Assembly (NCBI GenBank): GCA_000025185.1
Contig: CP001848.1
Location: 5,100,001-5,132,000 of the forward strand
Direction: 5' to 3'
Length of the DNA: 32,000 nt
From: Pirellula staleyi DSM 6068
Lineage (GTDB): Bacteria > Planctomycetota > Planctomycetia > Pirellulales > Pirellulaceae
Shown piece after piece: positions 1 to 8,830 of the stretch. The notes under the pieces are model-generated. The model had not been told where the DNA came from, made no database searches, and was given only the letters and a program-made list of their open reading frames with translations. Position 1 is the stretch's first letter; every line of letters starts with the position of its first letter. Made by a program: the position numbers and the translations under genes.

Positions 1-2
1 CC

Positions 3-1112
3 GCTCGCATCGCCGCGCTCGCGGTCAGCTGCACGCTGCTGACGATAGCGCTTCAAGTGAATGGCCAAGAGGGGGTTGAGCTCGAAACCAATCCGTCGGA
101 AGTGGTTCCTTCCACCTCCAAGCTCCCCGTGGCGGGCCCTGCAATTCCGAACCTTCCGACCCTGACGCTCGGCGGCAAGCTGTTTTGGACCGACGAAGAA
201 GTGCAGGCGGGCTGGCGCATTCAGCGAAGTTCGATGACCGGGCACTATCGGCTGCTCGACGATCAGAACTATCGCCACGCATACGGCTCGCTCGAACATT
301 GCGAGCAGCAGCTCCGCGAGATTCAGCAGCTCCGCGCGCTACCAGCGGCGGAAGGGGAAGTGGTCGTCACGCTGCACGGGCTGCTGCGCTCGCGCGATGT
401 GATGGAGGGCTTGGGGGAATACTTGCAGCGCGAAGGGGACCTGCAGCCGGTGCACGTTTCGTATGCCAGCACGCGGCGAACGCTCGACGAACATGCCGAA
501 AGCCTTTCACGCGTGATTGATCGCCTCGGCAGCCGCGTGACAAAAATCCATTTCGTTGGCCACAGCCTCGGGAATCTAGTGATTCGTCGCTACTACGGTG
601 AAGCGGGTGCAGAAGATCCACTCTGGAAGGTCGATCCCCGAGCGGGCCGCGTGGTGATGCTTGCGCCACCCAATCAAGGAGCTCGCGCGGCGAAGATGTG
701 GCGCGACAACGACCTGTTTAAACTGGTTGCAGGCCCGAGTGGCAAACAGCTCGGCCTCGAATGGAAGCAGATCGAGCCCCGTCTGGCTCGCCCCACAGGC
801 GAGTTCGGGATCGTCGCAGGTGCCCATCCCGCCGGCTCCTCGCTCCTGTCGCTCCTTCCTGGAGACGACGATCTGGTGCTGTCGGTCTCGGAAACTAAAC
901 TCCCCGGTGCCGCCGATTCGATCGTCGTGCCGCTCCATCATGGCGAGGTCATCAGCAATCCCGAAGTGCAGGCCTACGTCCTCCGCTTCTTGCAGGAGGG
1001 GCACTTTGTGGCTGCAGACCAGCGCGAGCCGATTCCGCTCGACAAGACCACCACTGCGCCACTCGCCAGCGAGCCCGATTGCACTTTGAGCGTGGAAGGA
1101 TCGGAACGCTGA
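3..1112 (+). CDS. alpha/beta-fold serine hydrolase (lipase/esterase-like); N-terminus probably lies left of the window
   Basis: ORF track 57..1112. GHSLGN nucleophile-elbow motif (G-x-S-x-G) sits after a VVVTLHGLL strand, as in alpha/beta hydrolases. The frame stays open from position 57 back to position 3 and encodes ARIAALAVSCTLLTIALQ, which looks like a signal-peptide h-region. The GTG at 57 is therefore probably not the true start. Confidence 0.7.
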   Translation, partial: ARIAALAVSCTLLTIALQVNGQEGVELETNPSEVVPSTSKLPVAGPAIPNLPTLTLGGKLFWTDEEVQAGWRIQRSSMTGHYRLLDDQNYRHAYGSLEHCEQQLREIQQLRALPAAEGEVVVTLHGLLRSRDVMEGLGEYLQREGDLQPVHVSYASTRRTLDEHAESLSRVIDRLGSRVTKIHFVGHSLGNLVIRRYYGEAGAEDPLWKVDPRAGRVVMLAPPNQGARAAKMWRDNDLFKLVAGPSGKQLGLEWKQIEPRLARPTGEFGIVAGAHPAGSSLLSLLPGDDDLVLSVSETKLPGAADSIVVPLHHGEVISNPEVQAYVLRFLQEGHFVAADQREPIPLDKTTTAPLASEPDCTLSVEGSER

Positions 1113-1573
1113 TGCGACGCGATGAGGTGCGAGGGCGATTGATTGGGGTCGACTACGGCACAGTCCGGATTGGTCTGGCGATCACCGATCCCGAACAAAA
1201 GTTTGCCAGCCCGCTGGATAACTATACCCGCCGCGGTGGTCAGGCCGACGCGCGCTACTTTCAGCGTGTCGCCCAGGAAGAACGGGCCGCCGCCTGGGTC
1301 GTGGGACTTCCGGTCCACACCACCGGAAGCGAGAGCCAGAAATCGACCGAGGCACGCCAGTTCGCCAAACAGCTCGAGGAACTCACCAAGCTGCCGGTCT
1401 TTTTGTTCGACGAACGGTTCACCTCAGCAGATGCTGAAGAGATGCTAATTGCCGCCGGAATGAGCCGCAAAGAACGCAAGTCGCATCTCGATAAACTAGC
1501 CGCCCAGATCTTGCTCTCCGCCTTCCTCCGGTCCGAAGCTCCCGAGCTTCCCCCGCGAGCCCTCGACGACTAA
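1112..1573 (+). CDS. ruvX: Holliday junction resolvase-like / pre-16S rRNA nuclease RuvX (YqgF family)
   Basis: LIGVDYGTVRIGLAITD N-terminal motif, VVGLP, and FDERFTS...A are characteristic of YqgF/RuvX. I chose the ATG at 1112 (MRRDEVRGRLIGVDYG). It overlaps the upstream stop as TGATG (1110-1114). Confidence 0.85.
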   Translation: MRRDEVRGRLIGVDYGTVRIGLAITDPEQKFASPLDNYTRRGGQADARYFQRVAQEERAAAWVVGLPVHTTGSESQKSTEARQFAKQLEELTKLPVFLFDERFTSADAEEMLIAAGMSRKERKSHLDKLAAQILLSAFLRSEAPELPPRALDD

Positions 1574-1670
1574 CGAGGGGCTCTCTTTCACCTCGCGACT
1601 AACCTTACCGAAGCAAATGCCTTGGTAAAACTAGAGCGACTGAAGGCTAATCCGACTGCTGAGAGCAGCG

Positions 1671-1940
1671 TCAGATTCCGATTTGGGCCATGGCGTCGAC
1701 GAGACGACGCACAATGCCGGCGAGATTCGGGTGCGATGCTTCGAAGTTGGCGGCAGCATCGAGCAGCGGCGATTCCTGCGTTGCAGTGGCTGCCACAGCT
1801 GCATCGGGCTTATCTGCCAGTGCTCGCGAGATATCATCGGCAGCCGACTGCAGCAGAGCGCGCGTTTCGTCGTCGAGTGAATCGACCTGCGACAACTCGG
1901 CTTCGAGTTCGGCTACCGTTGCTTTTAATTTTTCAATCAC
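1671..1940 (-). CDS. DUF4404-like small protein (89 aa)
   Basis: GTG start. The pattern is an N-terminal LxxLxAEL helix, then D..TR.LL....DI, then C-terminal FEASHPNLAGIVRRLVDAMAQIGI. This matches my memory of the DUF4404 family (FE..HP.LA.....L...GI terminus). Same strand as the protease gene, 57 bp downstream of it. Confidence 0.6.
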   Translation of the reverse strand: MIEKLKATVAELEAELSQVDSLDDETRALLQSAADDISRALADKPDAAVAATATQESPLLDAAANFEASHPNLAGIVRRLVDAMAQIGI

Positions 1941-1997
1941 GCTCGTTCACTCCGCCTGGAAGAGCGAACCGGATCGCCCGGAAAAGATCGCTCTTAA

Positions 1998-3071
1998 TTA
2001 CTCAACCGACTGCGAAGTCGGCTGTTGTTCTTTGGGCATCTCAGCGGCGGTCTTATCGTCGACCTTCGCTTTGTCAGCAGGGCCCGCCAAATTACCCGAC
2101 ATCAGGGACTCCAAAAGTGGCTTCACCACTTCGAGGGTCAGGGCGTAGCTTTCCACCCGGCCAGCGCGGGCGATGTTGATTCCAATCACGCGGCCATCGA
2201 GGTCGACGAGAGGACCACCGCAGTCACTTGGACGGAGAACCGTGTCGTGCTGGATGACCGACACAAACCCCGCGCGACGCGTGCTGAGCGAGCCACCCAA
2301 GTTGTTCTGGAAATCGGCCCGATCACCATGCACCAGCGTGGCGAGGCTGCCGAGCGTAGCAGAAATCGTCAGCTCTTCTTTGCCACGCTTCACTTTGAGC
2401 GAAACCCGTTCGCCAGGCATATAGCCCCGAATGGTTTCCACCATCTCTTGACGACCTTTGATCGACTTTTCGTTGACGTGGGTGATGACGTCGTCGGCTT
2501 GCAGGCCTGCTTTTTCAGCGGCTGAGCCGGGCATCACTTGTTCGATGCGGGCCACATCTTCGGACGTGTCGAGCTGCACACCCAGTGCGCCCGAAGGGGC
2601 AGGGATGTTGCGTGGGCTCACACTCAAAATGCCAATCGCGAGGGGATCGCGTTCGATACCAGGGGTCGCCAGCAAACTGCCCACCGGCGGAGCCGAGGGG
2701 CCGTCGAACGAAACTGGTTTGAGATCTTTGGCTTCGATTTTCAGCATCGCGATATCGAGGCCGTTATCGCGCCCGACAATCTTGGCCTCCATCCGCCGAC
2801 CATCATGCAGCTGGCACTCCACCTTGCCACGCAGCTCGCTGGCCTTCGTGAGGACATAGCCATCGGCACTCACCACGGTTCCCATAGCACTTTTGCGACC
2901 ATCGCAGAAAATGCGAACCGTGCTTTGCGTCGATTCGGTCACGACATCGCGAAAAGCGGCGAGGACGCGTGAATGCGAGCGTTCGGTTGCCATCGCCCGA
3001 GGCGTGTCGACAACAAGATTGGCTACGACTGGGGAGACGACCACCGCAAAGGCGAGCAACAACTTTTTCAT
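1998..3071 (-). CDS. secreted HtrA/S1C-like trypsin-fold protein with a nested PDZ domain and non-canonical residues at the catalytic His and Ser positions
   Basis: Signal peptide MKKLLLAFAVVVSPVVANLV. AAGGA lies 9 nt upstream of the ATG. Core motifs are GYVLTKASEL, GLDIAMLKI and SDCGGPLVDLDGRVIGINIAR. A PDZ-like segment (PGSAAEKAGLQADDVITHVN) lies between the Asp and Cys motifs. Confidence 0.8.
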   Translation of the reverse strand: MKKLLLAFAVVVSPVVANLVVDTPRAMATERSHSRVLAAFRDVVTESTQSTVRIFCDGRKSAMGTVVSADGYVLTKASELRGKVECQLHDGRRMEAKIVGRDNGLDIAMLKIEAKDLKPVSFDGPSAPPVGSLLATPGIERDPLAIGILSVSPRNIPAPSGALGVQLDTSEDVARIEQVMPGSAAEKAGLQADDVITHVNEKSIKGRQEMVETIRGYMPGERVSLKVKRGKEELTISATLGSLATLVHGDRADFQNNLGGSLSTRRAGFVSVIQHDTVLRPSDCGGPLVDLDGRVIGINIARAGRVESYALTLEVVKPLLESLMSGNLAGPADKAKVDDKTAAEMPKEQQPTSQSVE

Positions 3072-3220
3072 GCGGCCAATCCTTCGAACCAGAGGGGAGC
3101 TTCAAACCATAGGGGCTGCAGGCGTACTAGCAATCGGAACCAGTACCAGTCTAAACCAACGTGCGAGTAAGCGTCGAATCGAGATCCAGTTGCTTCTTTC
3201 AGCTGAAGAGCATCGACCCA

Positions 3221-4360
3221 TCATCCGCCGCGTTTGCCAATCGTGATGGAGAGCGACAGCATCTCTTCACCACGCTTGACTTTCAATTTCATTTTATCGC
3301 CGGGCTGACGATCCCGCACACGAGCGGTCAGCGAAGCAAAATCGGTGAGGGTATCGCCATCCATTTCCAGGACGATATCACCCACCTTCAGTCCCGCTTT
3401 TTCAGCGGGCGAGTTGGGAAACACATGGGCAATTTTGGCATCTTTCGCTTCGGCATCGCCACGGACACCAACAAACGGTTCGTTGCCGGGCAAGTGTCCC
3501 CAAGCTTCACCCTTGACCATCCGGTCCCAGGTCTCTTGGAACGTGCCGACGGGAACATGCATGTTCGCAGTGATCGGACCAGCGATGCGGCTGTTGATGC
3601 CGATCACCTTGCCGGTCATGTCGAAGAGTGGTCCCCCCGAATCGCCACCCACCAAGGTGCAATCGGTGGTGATGACCGACTTCTCGCTGAACAGAATGCG
3701 GCCAATCCGAAGGACCGGTTTACGATCGGGCTGATAGCCACCCGGATGCCCCATGGCGAGGCACCACTGGCCAACCTTCAGGTCGTCGGATTTTCCCATT
3801 TCGGCATAGGGAAAGTTTTCTCCCTCGGTGATCTTCATCAGACCTGCGTCCATGCCACGATCAAGACCCAAGGTCTTGCCACGCAGCATGCGACCATCTT
3901 GCATGATGAAGACACATTCTTTGTTCGGCTGACCCGCAACGTGAGCGGCGGTGAGAACGTAGCCATCTTTCGAAATGATGACGCCACTCCCTTGAGCAGC
4001 ACCGACCTGAACGCCGACGGTCACTTCCATCAGCTTGTCGGTCATCTTGCGGATATGTTCCTGCATGGCACGCAGGTCGGCGATACCACCAGGATTGCCG
4101 CCGGAAAGAACTTTCAGCAAAGTCTCGCTGATCGCCGGGGCCGAGATCGGCGTGCCACGATCGAGTTTCTCTTCGGGTTTGACTTCGTCGCTCTTGGCAG
4201 GTTCGGCTGTCGCGGCGACTGGCCCGGGGGTGATGGGCTCGGCCTGCAGCGTAGCGGCATTACCGCCAGCGAGCACCAAGGCGGCAAGCATCGCGACGGA
4301 AACTGAGCGGAGTCGGGAGCGAAGACCGCTCGCAAGTGAGCTAGGGAAGTTCCACAACAT
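3221..4360 (-). CDS. periplasmic serine endoprotease, HtrA/DegP family (S1C) with C-terminal PDZ
   Basis: Canonical triad motifs GYVLTAAHV, DAGLMKI and GDSGGPLFD. C-terminal PDZ (PNSPAEKAGLKVGDIVLEMDG). I chose the ATG at 4360 (MLWNFPSS...) because GAGGAGG lies 7 nt upstream. The ORF track extends to 4423. Confidence 0.85.
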   Translation of the reverse strand: MLWNFPSSLASGLRSRLRSVSVAMLAALVLAGGNAATLQAEPITPGPVAATAEPAKSDEVKPEEKLDRGTPISAPAISETLLKVLSGGNPGGIADLRAMQEHIRKMTDKLMEVTVGVQVGAAQGSGVIISKDGYVLTAAHVAGQPNKECVFIMQDGRMLRGKTLGLDRGMDAGLMKITEGENFPYAEMGKSDDLKVGQWCLAMGHPGGYQPDRKPVLRIGRILFSEKSVITTDCTLVGGDSGGPLFDMTGKVIGINSRIAGPITANMHVPVGTFQETWDRMVKGEAWGHLPGNEPFVGVRGDAEAKDAKIAHVFPNSPAEKAGLKVGDIVLEMDGDTLTDFASLTARVRDRQPGDKMKLKVKRGEEMLSLSITIGKRGG

Positions 4361-5133
4361 CAACCGACCTCCTCTGCTGGCAAACTTCAACGATGGTGTG
4401 TCGCGGAACCGGTGGGGCGGCACTACAGCCGCTTCGACAAGTTTTGCAGCGATTCAACAATCGTATGATGAAATCTGGGAACCGAATCTGCCATCTGCCT
4501 GACAATGCAAGTTCGCATTGCTACTGGAAATATAACCGTAAACTCATCAAATCGATGCGAATATTCCGGGGAAAATTTTCCGCTCGGCGGCTTACCTTTT
4601 CGTTATCCAGGGGTTCTTTACTGACCGCGATCTCACTTCCTCACGCTTTCTTCCTGTCGCGGAAGAGTTTCCGATTACGACGATCGCCCGACCTAGTTAA
4701 GTCGCAGCTATCGCGGCATCGGTTCGCGCTTTCCTTCTCCTGTGATGCAACTCGCGCGCCGGGGGAACTTTGTTTTGCAAGCTACCGGCCAGAACCACGT
4801 TTTCTTGGGCGTTTCTTCGATTTGTCATCGGCCAGAGCTCGACGCAGCGTGCCAGTTTTTCTGGCATCGGTGTCGAATGTGGCGGACTTTACAAACGAGC
4901 CGAACAAGCGGACCAAGAATTGTCGGACCCCGAGTGAGGTGGGACTGGTGCGTGGTTAGCGGAGGAGCCTCAGGGACTGGGAAAGGAGCAGGGGGGAGCG
5001 TAAGGTGAGTCACCTTGCAGGGTGGCCGGGTTCATGGCCCTTGGAAAGCAACCGTTTTGCGGAGCTGTTCAAGGCTTGTGACCGGCAGCCAGCCAGCAAA
5101 GCACCACCTCATTATCTACTGACGACCAGCGCG

Positions 5134-6027
5134 ATGGCAAAAATTATTTTTGGCTTGGGCTACTTAGGGCTCCGAATTGCCGAGCAGTGGATTCGTCGCA
5201 GTCAGCCGCAGGAAGCGACTTCCGAGAGGATTTACGCCGTGACGCGCAGTCCCGAGAAGGGAGCGCTGCTGGAGCAGAGGGGGCTTTGTCCGGTCGTGGG
5301 GGACATTGCGGCCGAAAAGCTGCCGCTCGACGCTGGAATTAGCACAGCAGTGATTGCGATCGGCTATGACCGGGGAAGTTCGCAGCCGATCGGCGAGGTG
5401 TATGCCCGGAGTGCTCAAAACATAGTGGACAGTTTGTCCGATTCGGTGGAGCGTGTGATTTACATCAGCTCGACCGGCGTGTTTGGACGTGCCAGTGGCG
5501 AGTGGGTGAGCGAAGAAACGCCAGCCGAGCCGCTCCGTGAAGGGGGAAAGGCTTGCCTCGCGGCGGAGAATATTTTGCGGCAATCGCGGCTGAGCGAGCG
5601 GGTGACGATTTTGCGACTCGCGGGCATTTATGGCCCGGACCGCATTCCGCGTCGCGCCGATTTGGCAGCTGGCCGCGCGATCGACGCCGCACCCGATGGC
5701 TATCTGAATCTGATCCATGTCGACGACGCGGCGAGCATTGTGCTGGCAGTCGACGATCAAAAAATGGGGGGCGAGCTGTTCTTGGTTTCCGATGGGAGCC
5801 CGACCCTGCGCCGCGACTATTACGCCGAGTTGGCGCGGATTGTGGGAGGCCCGCCTCCGCAATTTGCGACACCTGCCATTGGCTCGCCAGCGGCAGCGAG
5901 GGCAGCCAGCGATAAGCGAATCAGCAACGCCAAACTCATGGCGCAGCTGAAGCCCGTGCTCGCTTACCCGAGTTACCAAGAGGGTCTCGCGGCGATTGTG
6001 CGCGAGGAAGATTCGCGAAATCGTTGA
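5134..6027 (+). CDS. NAD(P)-binding Rossmann-fold protein, SDR/epimerase-like (YeeZ-like)
   Basis: MAKIIFGLGYLG gives a GxGxxG motif right at the N-terminus if the start is ATG 5134. YISSTGVFG and LRLAGIYGPDR motifs are typical of YeeZ-like atypical SDRs. The alternative GTG at 5005 has a GGGGGAG 7 nt upstream but would add 43 aa ahead of the Rossmann fold. The start is uncertain. Confidence 0.7.
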   Translation: MAKIIFGLGYLGLRIAEQWIRRSQPQEATSERIYAVTRSPEKGALLEQRGLCPVVGDIAAEKLPLDAGISTAVIAIGYDRGSSQPIGEVYARSAQNIVDSLSDSVERVIYISSTGVFGRASGEWVSEETPAEPLREGGKACLAAENILRQSRLSERVTILRLAGIYGPDRIPRRADLAAGRAIDAAPDGYLNLIHVDDAASIVLAVDDQKMGGELFLVSDGSPTLRRDYYAELARIVGGPPPQFATPAIGSPAAARAASDKRISNAKLMAQLKPVLAYPSYQEGLAAIVREEDSRNR

Positions 6028-6090
6028 CCCGCGCCGCTGCGAGCCGCTACGATTTCAAAGTGGGGGCTGTCTCTGCGAAGGAGCGATGCG

Positions 6091-6930
6091 ATGCGACCAA
6101 AATCTGGGCTGATGACCAACGCCAAGGCCTTCAAGGTCGGGCTGGTGGTCGCAATCGGTTGGCTCGTCGCCGAGCCAGCATTTGCTCAGCAGACGACCGT
6201 CACCGCACCTCTGCAAGGCAATAGCAGCGGGTTCTACGAAGGAATCGGCACGCAGTGGGGAATCTCTGGGAAGGGGTGGTTCTTTCAGTTTGGTGGACCA
6301 CCGGTTCAGCCCCCTTTTGCCGCAGGCGATCCCAATGGGGGTGCGAATTTCGGCGGCGGATTTCGCAGTGGCGGAATGTCGGGCTTCTTTCGACTCTATG
6401 CCGACCAAGGAAGTAGCAGAAGCTCAAGTTCAGCTGCTCCCTCGGTGACGATTCCCAACGGCGGTCAGGGATTTTTTAGCGACACGGTGCAGCGCCCGTT
6501 TGTGATGGGGCTCGTTCCGGTTGTCGGTGATGCTGAAAGTCCGCTGCACGAAAAACTGTCGCGGCTGCAGTCGGAGCGTTCCGCAGCGTCGCCAATGCCC
6601 CAGCCACACGAGGACGAGGTCGCTACGAAAGAGGATCTAATCCTCAAGCGATCAGAAACGGTTGCAGCGTCGGAATCGGGGGGCGGTGCAGCAGCAGGAC
6701 GGAGCACAGCCGAGCGGGGCGATGTGAGTGTCGCCGAAATTCGCGAGCAGAAGCGTCGGGCAGAAGAGGCTCGTTTGGTCGAGATTCGCGAGCTTGTCGC
6801 GAAGGCCGACACGCTCGTCTCGGAAGGGAAAACGAGTGTCGCTCGGAGCTATCTGAAAATGGCTGAGCGGAAAGCAGCGTCGGAGGAAGAACGAGTCGCA
6901 ATTGCCAAGCGACTCGCCGAGCTGAAATAG
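6091..6930 (+). CDS. secreted hypothetical protein: Gly/Phe-rich low-complexity N-half, charged coiled-coil-like C-half
   Basis: AAGGAG lies 7 nt upstream of ATG 6091. Signal-peptide-like KVGLVVAIGWLVAEPAFAQQ. No family recognised. Confidence 0.55.
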   Translation: MRPKSGLMTNAKAFKVGLVVAIGWLVAEPAFAQQTTVTAPLQGNSSGFYEGIGTQWGISGKGWFFQFGGPPVQPPFAAGDPNGGANFGGGFRSGGMSGFFRLYADQGSSRSSSSAAPSVTIPNGGQGFFSDTVQRPFVMGLVPVVGDAESPLHEKLSRLQSERSAASPMPQPHEDEVATKEDLILKRSETVAASESGGGAAAGRSTAERGDVSVAEIREQKRRAEEARLVEIRELVAKADTLVSEGKTSVARSYLKMAERKAASEEERVAIAKRLAELK

Positions 6931-7053
6931 CCACGCTTGAAATAAACGAGCCTAATTGACGGGCTCGCGCTGGAAGATGTTCATCCAGCAATCCGCGCAT
7001 CTGCTGACGCGCGGCAAAGGATGAGCGAGCGCCAGCATCCATCTGCTATTCAG

Positions 7054-8322
7054 CTATTCAGCGACTTCTTCGCTTTTCACAACCGCAGCTGGGGTTTCAG
7101 TGCTGGTCGACTTTTCATCGACAGGAGCATTATCGGCAGCAGCAGCGGCCGGCTTTTCGCTCGTCTCAGGACCGAACGAACGGGGGCCAAACACTTTTTG
7201 ACGATAGAGCACCAACCCGTGGGCAGCGTGGAACAGAGCACCACACTCGACATCCACAGGCTTGGTGTTGCGGAACGTTTCGCAAACCTTCAGCACCGCC
7301 CGTTTGACCCATGGTTCTTGCAGCTGATCTTTGTCCATCGAGACCGCCAGGAACTCCATCACGTGACCAGCCGAGCCCATCGCTTGTGCCAAGTCGGCCG
7401 AGTTACCGATCCGCTGCAGATAGTTCGACGAAAGTGATCCGTCGGGATTTTGAAACTGCTTCGCCTTCGCGATGCTTTCGTTGATTTTATCGTCGCACGC
7501 TTTCCAAACACCTTCGAGCTTGCCACCCGCTTCGACGTGGCGATTGCGGGCAATCGTCAGACCCACAAGACGATGCGTACCACCGCAGGGGCTTTGGTCG
7601 AGATTGTGCTCGAGTTCGATTTCCACCAGCTTGCCGATGTTCCAAGTCGAACCGTCGCCAGCTTTCCATTCGTAACTGGTGGGGCGATACGCGGTCAGAG
7701 CCATCAGGGTCCAGCTGTATTCGCGATAAGGATTCAGATGCACGTCGTGCTCGATCTGTTCGACGTAGTCGCGCACCGTGTGCTCTTTCCCTTCGACGAT
7801 CATCACTTCGTCGAGCGGAAGCTGACAGTCGCTCAAGTAGCCGAGCCATTGATCGGTGTGACCTTGGCCGGTTTTGGTCCCCGACTCGAGCAACGCCTTC
7901 ACGCCGTAGCGCTGGGTGGCTTCGTCGAGCAGATCACCGCGGGTCATGTTCCAGCCGGTCATCTTTCCGCCCTTCAGGACGTGGTCGACCGCCGAAACAT
8001 CGTTGCCATTATCGCTCACCAAAAACTGACGCTTATAAGCCAGCGCTCCGTGCAAAATCTGCCAGGCAGCGTGGTCCTGCAGGTTGAGGCGGCGACGCTC
8101 GTAAGTGAAATCGAGCACTTCGTCGATCTGACGGCGAATTTCATCGTCGGTGGGGAGCCCATCTTCGGTCCCCGAACCACCACTCGTCGGATTTGTGGTG
8201 ACGACAGGAGCGTCGATCGTTTTTCCGCAGCCCGACAGTTGCGAGAACAGGGCGGCTGAGGCCAGGAGGAGCGAAGTCGAGACCAGGATGCGAACAGGGG
8301 TGGCTGAAATGCTAGCAAACAT
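7054..8322 (-). CDS. hypothetical lipoprotein
   Basis: N-terminus MFASISATPVRILVSTSLLLASAALFSQLSGCGKT carries a lipobox-like L-S-G-C. ATG at 8322 (the track starts at TTG 8325). One QNPDGS motif recalls prenyltransferase/squalene-oxidase repeats, but that is too weak to call. Confidence 0.65.
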   Translation of the reverse strand: MFASISATPVRILVSTSLLLASAALFSQLSGCGKTIDAPVVTTNPTSGGSGTEDGLPTDDEIRRQIDEVLDFTYERRRLNLQDHAAWQILHGALAYKRQFLVSDNGNDVSAVDHVLKGGKMTGWNMTRGDLLDEATQRYGVKALLESGTKTGQGHTDQWLGYLSDCQLPLDEVMIVEGKEHTVRDYVEQIEHDVHLNPYREYSWTLMALTAYRPTSYEWKAGDGSTWNIGKLVEIELEHNLDQSPCGGTHRLVGLTIARNRHVEAGGKLEGVWKACDDKINESIAKAKQFQNPDGSLSSNYLQRIGNSADLAQAMGSAGHVMEFLAVSMDKDQLQEPWVKRAVLKVCETFRNTKPVDVECGALFHAAHGLVLYRQKVFGPRSFGPETSEKPAAAAADNAPVDEKSTSTETPAAVVKSEEVAE

Positions 8323-8830
8323 CAATCTGGTTCCAATTTCGCAACGAAGGCTCGACCACAGCCAACACGAGGGAGGTTTTCGCCCAGCGATTTACGCCGT
8401 TTTTTGCCCGGTCGAGGCAAGAGAGGTGAAAACTGCGTGAACCCTAGGGGACTTTCGAATATACCCCAGAGATTTCTGATGAGCGAGCAGTTTGGGCAAA
8501 CTAGCGAAACTTGGTCGTCAAATTTTTCCAAATGAGATAAATTGTCGCACCAGGGCACACATCGGCCTCGGCTGATCACTACCAGCGGTACGCCAGAACC
8601 AGCTTTGCGCCAGCAGTCGGGCCCGAAAAAGAGTGAGAAACATTCTCAATAAACATCGGCGCAGAAAGATTTTACGTTCACTCGCCCCCTTCGCTGGTTG
8701 CTGGTTCACAACCGGCTACCTACAATCCGACAGGCCACTTTCGGTGGAGATTCTCTGTTCCGTTTCTTTCCCCCCAAGATGTCACAGTAGCTAGCAGCCA
8801 ACTGGCATTTCGAGGTGAGGTAGCTTTCCG

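Noticed and set aside
4393-4959. 188-aa plus-strand ORF in the htrA/SDR spacer.
   Set aside because: Arg/Ser/Leu/Phe-rich composition in low-GC sequence, with no SD, no motifs and no signal of coding periodicity visible by eye.
7045-7062. Tandem 8-bp duplication GCTATTCA GCTATTCA spanning the lipoprotein stop codon.
   Set aside because: There are only two copies, and the second TAG is out of frame. I can support no functional consequence.
8322-8579. 85-aa minus-strand ORF with CxxxC...CxxC spacing (zinc-ribbon-like). Its TGA overlaps the lipoprotein ATG as TGATG.
   Set aside because: It has a GTG start with no SD and GC3 of only about 49% by my count. It uses rare-looking codons (TTA, ATA, AGA, CTA) and the C-terminal two thirds are low-information. 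It is more likely the lipoprotein promoter/leader region.
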